A DNA stretch of 56,734 bases, filler included, from Bipalium vagum (Eukaryota): assembly GCA_037834085.1 (NCBI GenBank). It is 3 parts of 3 records of this genome, joined end to end, with 100 filler letters (N's around TTAATTAATTAA, not from the genome) between each part and the next. Parts side by side here need not be neighbours in the genome. Positions count along the whole stretch, not along the records: positions 39,162 to 56,734 come from JBBMKC010060789.1; 2 more parts are not named here. One strand, 5' to 3'. Below are positions 52,601-56,734 of the stretch, one piece after another (within the stretch, counting starts at the first letter, position 1; each line of letters begins with the position of its first letter). Below the pieces are notes generated by a model. It did no database searches, was not told where the DNA came from, and was given only the letters and a program-made list of their open reading frames with translations. The position numbers and the translations under genes are program-made.

Positions 52601-55600
52601 TAATATTTATTTGACATTGATGGTTATCTTAGTTTTATTATTGATATCCGAGATTTTTTTTCCTCTGTGAATATATCATTACTTTATGAATTCATTAAAA
52701 ATTGATATTTGATTAAAGATTAATTGTTTAATTATTATTATCGATTAAATAATGATATTGGTTAATAATTTTAATTGATAACTGATTTTTTATTAATTAT
52801 TTCTAGATGAAATAAATAATTATTGATCTTAATATCTTTCTGTCACAAGTTTCACATTTATTTTGCATTGATAATTGATAATGATTAAAAGTGACAATCG
52901 GTGAAAAATTTATTGTACAACTAAATCTGTCAAATATCGACTTTGAAGTAATTATTTACTTATAAAAATGAAACTTTATTTTCGAGATTATTTATAAAGT
53001 AAGGAAACGCTGATTATGAGATTTTATTAAAAGATATAACTGTGTATAACAGTTAACAAAGAATCACTTTGAAATTTTCTATCATGTAGTTCGTTAATTA
53101 TTTAAATGTGATTGATAATAAAAAATACAGTAAAAATAATTATTAATCATTTTTAAATTTTATTTATAACAAATAATATAGAAAACGTAAAATTATTGTT
53201 CAGAGATCTGTAAATAATTTTTATTTTTAAATTCCGAATTGTATATCTATTTAATATTTAAAAATATGATTTTAGAAATTTTGCCGAGACTTCGTTATAA
53301 ATTATAACATTTCGATTTAATAATTTTTTGTGAAAAATGGTTGAATCTGTTGATCACATTGGAAAATTACTTGCTACTTTTTTGGCCTGATTTTCTCAAT
53401 TGAAATATATTTTTCTTTGTCACTAATTATGGTCTGGTAGTATAGAATTTGGGTTCAGGAAGCGTAAAAAATCCATTTTCACATAGGTCTCATCATCCAT
53501 AACAATAAAATTTGATGAATTAGCATGGAGCTACTTATCCAACTTTCGTGCCCCAAAAATTACCTTTTTCCTTTGACCAAGACTTCGCTTCGGACTTTTT
53601 TGGTTTTTAATATCCATAAATTGCTTCTGTTCTTAACTCTTTGCACCATTGATTGAAATGAACCAAGTCCTTGTGAGATCTTGATTTATCCTTTTCAAAA
53701 CCAATCATTACAGTAATTTCAGTTTTATTGAGACTTTTTGGACGACTATGTCGAAGTTTAATTTCTAATGTTTCAAGATTTTAGATATTATTTAATTACT
53801 CTTTGAACTATTAAAAAAAAAACCAAGTTCTTTTGCAATGTATTTTCTAGAATTTCTTAGATGTTTCTTGTAAGCACGCGCTAGTTTTTGCCTTTTTCTA
53901 CTTCACAAATCATGTTTGACAAACAGCTAAAAATGAATTCAACTTTAACAATAAAATGAATGGCATGAATCATATTTTTAATTGATAAATTAAGAAAATT
54001 GATTGAACTTTGATGAAATAAAAACGACATTACTTTTCGGTTCAGTCCTTTTTTGATCATTGATAATGATTAAGTAAATGAAACATTTATCGTACAAAAA
54101 ATCTATGAAATATTGACTTTGTTAATCAAAGAACTCATTATTTAATTTAAAAACAAAAATCATTCAAATAAATTAAAATATTAGGCTACAAATTTTAACA
54201 TTTTTTATCGTAGTATGGTGATACAAAATTAAGCTGGAAAATCACTTAATTCAGTACATCTAATAAATCTCAATCACTTATCTAACCATGAGTAAAATTG
54301 TCCTTATCTTATGCTTTTATTGCGATGAAGAATAGATTTTTTAAAGATTTCATTGCATTTCTAAAGAGTTTCATAAGTGTCATTCTTTCTTAAAACTGTT
54401 TTTTTATAAAGTCAATGGTTATTATTTAAAGTCAGAATATTTTTCATTGTAATTTCAAAAATGTGCTTTACCATCAGTTTCGGCATTATTCGACTAGACA
54501 CTAAGTAACTTAATTCATCAAAATTATATTTAAAATGAAAAAAATACAAAACCTACATTTACGAAGGAAATTTTACACATTCGCCACTTCCATAATTTAA
54601 ACAGATTATTTACTATTAATTTTATATATTAAACACATTTTAAAACTGCTTGAAAAACAGAAATTTTTATGATCCTAATCTTTATTTTGAAAAAGGAAGT
54701 TAAATTTTTATCAATAAAATGCCTTGTGTTATGAATTCTGAAATGATTTTGAATTTATTTGAATTTTATAAAGTTTATAATATTATTCGATAAATTATTG
54801 ATCAATAAGTTTTTAAGCTTTACTCATTTTATAGAGAAATTTTCTAAATTAAAATTATCAATTTTGCAAACTCTGATTATCTAGGTGTCTTGTTCTTGTG
54901 GAAGTATGATGAAACGGGTTACTTGTGGCGCAAATATTAATAAGATTTGCGAAAATCTTACGAAAATATGCGTAAACCCTTGCAAAGCGGTATCAAAATG
55001 CCATCATGAGAATCGACACAAGTGTCATTCCAGTGAGTAAAGTGTGAATTGTTGTATTATTTCAGTCATGTACTATAGAAATTGAAGATTGCCCACCATG
55101 TAAAGAGATTTGTACAAATGCTTTAAGTTGTGGTCATAAGTGTCAGAAAGTGTGTCATGATTCAATTAAAACCGTAATCCGTTTGGATAAGTCAAAGTTG
55201 GCTGGCCCATGGGAAGCAGCAGATGATGGGAAAATAATTTATGTGTCGCAATCTTGCCCACCATGTGACGTGGAATTATCTTTAATTTGCTTTGGAGCAC
55301 ATGAAGTAATTAAGTTTTCGCCAAAAATAATGACTAATTTAGTTAAACTCGTAAAAACTGATTAGATAATTTTTTAGATAAACTGTTAAGTTAACTAATA
55401 ATCAATGAATCCTCATTTTCTTTTATTATTTTCTACATTTTAGACATCGTAACTTTCCTATCATGTCTCATAAATAATATAAAGTTTTTATAACTTTTTT
55501 CATCAAAAATAAACAAATATCAAATAGACATTTATTAATATAAATAATAATTAATTTTCTTCTTCTTCTTATTTTTTTTATTATTATTATTTTTTCCATA

Positions 55601-56018
55601 ATTTAATCTTAAAACTAATAAATTTTTTAAATGATCTACATTTTGGTTTTTAAAAAATAATTTTTTAATTATTTAATCAATATTTTTTATAATGTGAAAA
55701 AAACCATAATTTTTTCACAGGCTTATTTTTTCATTACTTTTGATCTTTCATGCAAAAAATAACATTTTTGTCATCTTAATACCAATGGTGTTAAAAGACA
55801 AAATAAAATTCTTAGAGTAATCATGGGATTTTTAAATCGTTCTTTTTTCTTGACTATTTCAGCTAATCAAATATGAATGTAGTCGACCGATAATGTACGG
55901 ATCTTGTGGAAAGCAATGTGATCGATTGCTTTCTTGTGGAAATCACACTTGTTCTCTGGAATGTCATCCTGTATCGAATAATAAATGTCCAGATAAATTA
56001 TTAGGAGAAGCAGTCAAG
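49661..56018 (+). CDS. NFXL1: NF-X1-type zinc finger protein NFXL1 (RING/PHD-like finger plus NF-X1 repeats); continues beyond the window
   Basis: Exons 49661(or ATG 49673)-49729, 49787-50041, 50087-50274, 50335-50518, 52085-52315, 52368-52577, 54885-55032, 55079-55305, 55863-56018, all GT-AG and in phase. Motifs: CIICLEDI..DAIWSCSMCYCEYHLVCISNW, WSCPKCR, YFCYCGK, WLKPHTCGEIC, KHQCKRRCC, LGCRKHRC, AGPWE. Confidence 0.9.
51406..51474. mobile_element. 69-bp Tigger-like MITE/hairpin in NFXL1 intron
   Basis: TA-CAGTCAAATCTC...GAGATTTGACTG (12-bp perfect TIR) plus inner CTATGTCAC/GTGGCATAG pairing. Confidence 0.75.
53290..54050 (-). mobile_element. Tc1-like DD37E (ITmD37E)-type remnant in NFXL1 intron
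   Basis: FIVMDDETYVKMDF at ~53470-53510 matches the VMDDETYVK signature recalled for ITmD37E transposases. Confidence 0.55.
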
Positions 56019-56105
56019 GTCAGTTATGAATAATTTAAATCGAAATATTAAAAATTATTATCATTCAATAATATATTAAAAATAACTAAATTGAATTATT
56101 ATATA

Positions 56106-56435
56106 CCAGGGTGTTTCATAAATATGAATACGCGTTTAAACAAATAAAAATTGATCAATTTGTCAATGAACATGAATCATTTTTATATATTATTGGAAAA
56201 AAATATTTTATAGAAATCTGGAAAACATTATGGAGAAATCAGTCTGATTCCTATAGATCTTTGTAAGAATGTTTGCAGATCTGTATTGTCAAGATTACAG
56301 AAATGTATAGATGTCCAAGGAATGCAAACTGAACTATTTTAATATATTTTATTAATATATTAATATATTTTCTGACGAGTTGATCAATAAATTCTCTTGA
56401 AAATTAGTTACTTATTTTTGCTTTAAACGCGGATA
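56106..56435 (+). mobile_element. Short non-autonomous Tc1-like element whose right TIR is interrupted by a second insertion
   Basis: Left end CAGGGTGTTTCATAA...ACGCGTTTAAA; transposase tail VCRSVLSRLQKCIDVQGMQTELF; inner right TIR TTTAAACGCGG. The same TIR family ends at 19758-19778. Confidence 0.65.
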
Positions 56436-56437
56436 TA

Positions 56438-56734
56438 CAGTACCCGCGGAAAGTTTAGGAACACCTATAGAAAAGAAAAAATTAATATTTCATAACATTA
56501 TATAACATTACATTACATAACATAACATTAATTCATAACATTATTTCATAACATATTTCATAACATTTATTTAAAATAATAAGATTAATTATACAAATAG
56601 GTCCTGTAATTAATATTTACAAGCATAGCCTTTGTTTTTAATAACAGATTTTATCCAATTAGGCATTGAACTAACTAAACGTTGACACTGTTCTTCGTTT
56701 ATTTGATTTGTCCAAACTTCATTAATTTTCTCTT
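56438..56734. mobile_element. Terminus of a Tc1 element inserted at TA
   Basis: TA-CAGTACCCGCGGAAAGTTTAGGAACACC (Tc1-type TIR), followed by CATAA/CATTA pentamer repeats at ~56490-56565. Confidence 0.6.

Overview
Very AT-rich animal (invertebrate) nuclear DNA, not prokaryotic. (ATT)n microsatellites and ~45-nt introns are consistent with a flatworm-like genome, but this is inference only. The window is three contigs joined by two identical artificial 100-nt spacers (N44-TTAATTAATTAA-N44, at 19606-19705 and 39062-39161), so adjacency across them is not real. Host genes reconstructed by hand: methylmalonyl-CoA mutase (MMUT, 13 exons, B12-binding C-terminus cut off by the contig end), the 3' part of PAXIP1/PTIP (terminal tandem BRCT plus an unusual ~240-aa tail), NFXL1 (9 exons, runs off the window), and 3' exons of three unidentified genes. 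The rest is a dense graveyard of mobile DNA: many mariner/Tc1 lineages (DD34D, DUF4817-type, DD37E-like), pogo/Tigger, a hAT (Buster/Charlie type), Ty3/Gypsy pieces, an RLE-type non-LTR (NeSL/Utopia-like) fragment and a decayed Polinton/adintovirus block (penton plus packaging ATPase). The most notable signals are that endogenous virus block, a perfect 179-bp inverted copy of a PAXIP1 exon piece placed between the hAT and an orphan Cys-rich ORF, and a probable weak-consensus GC-AG mini-intron inside the MMUT RQYAGF motif. All family assignments come from recalled motifs; no database search was run.
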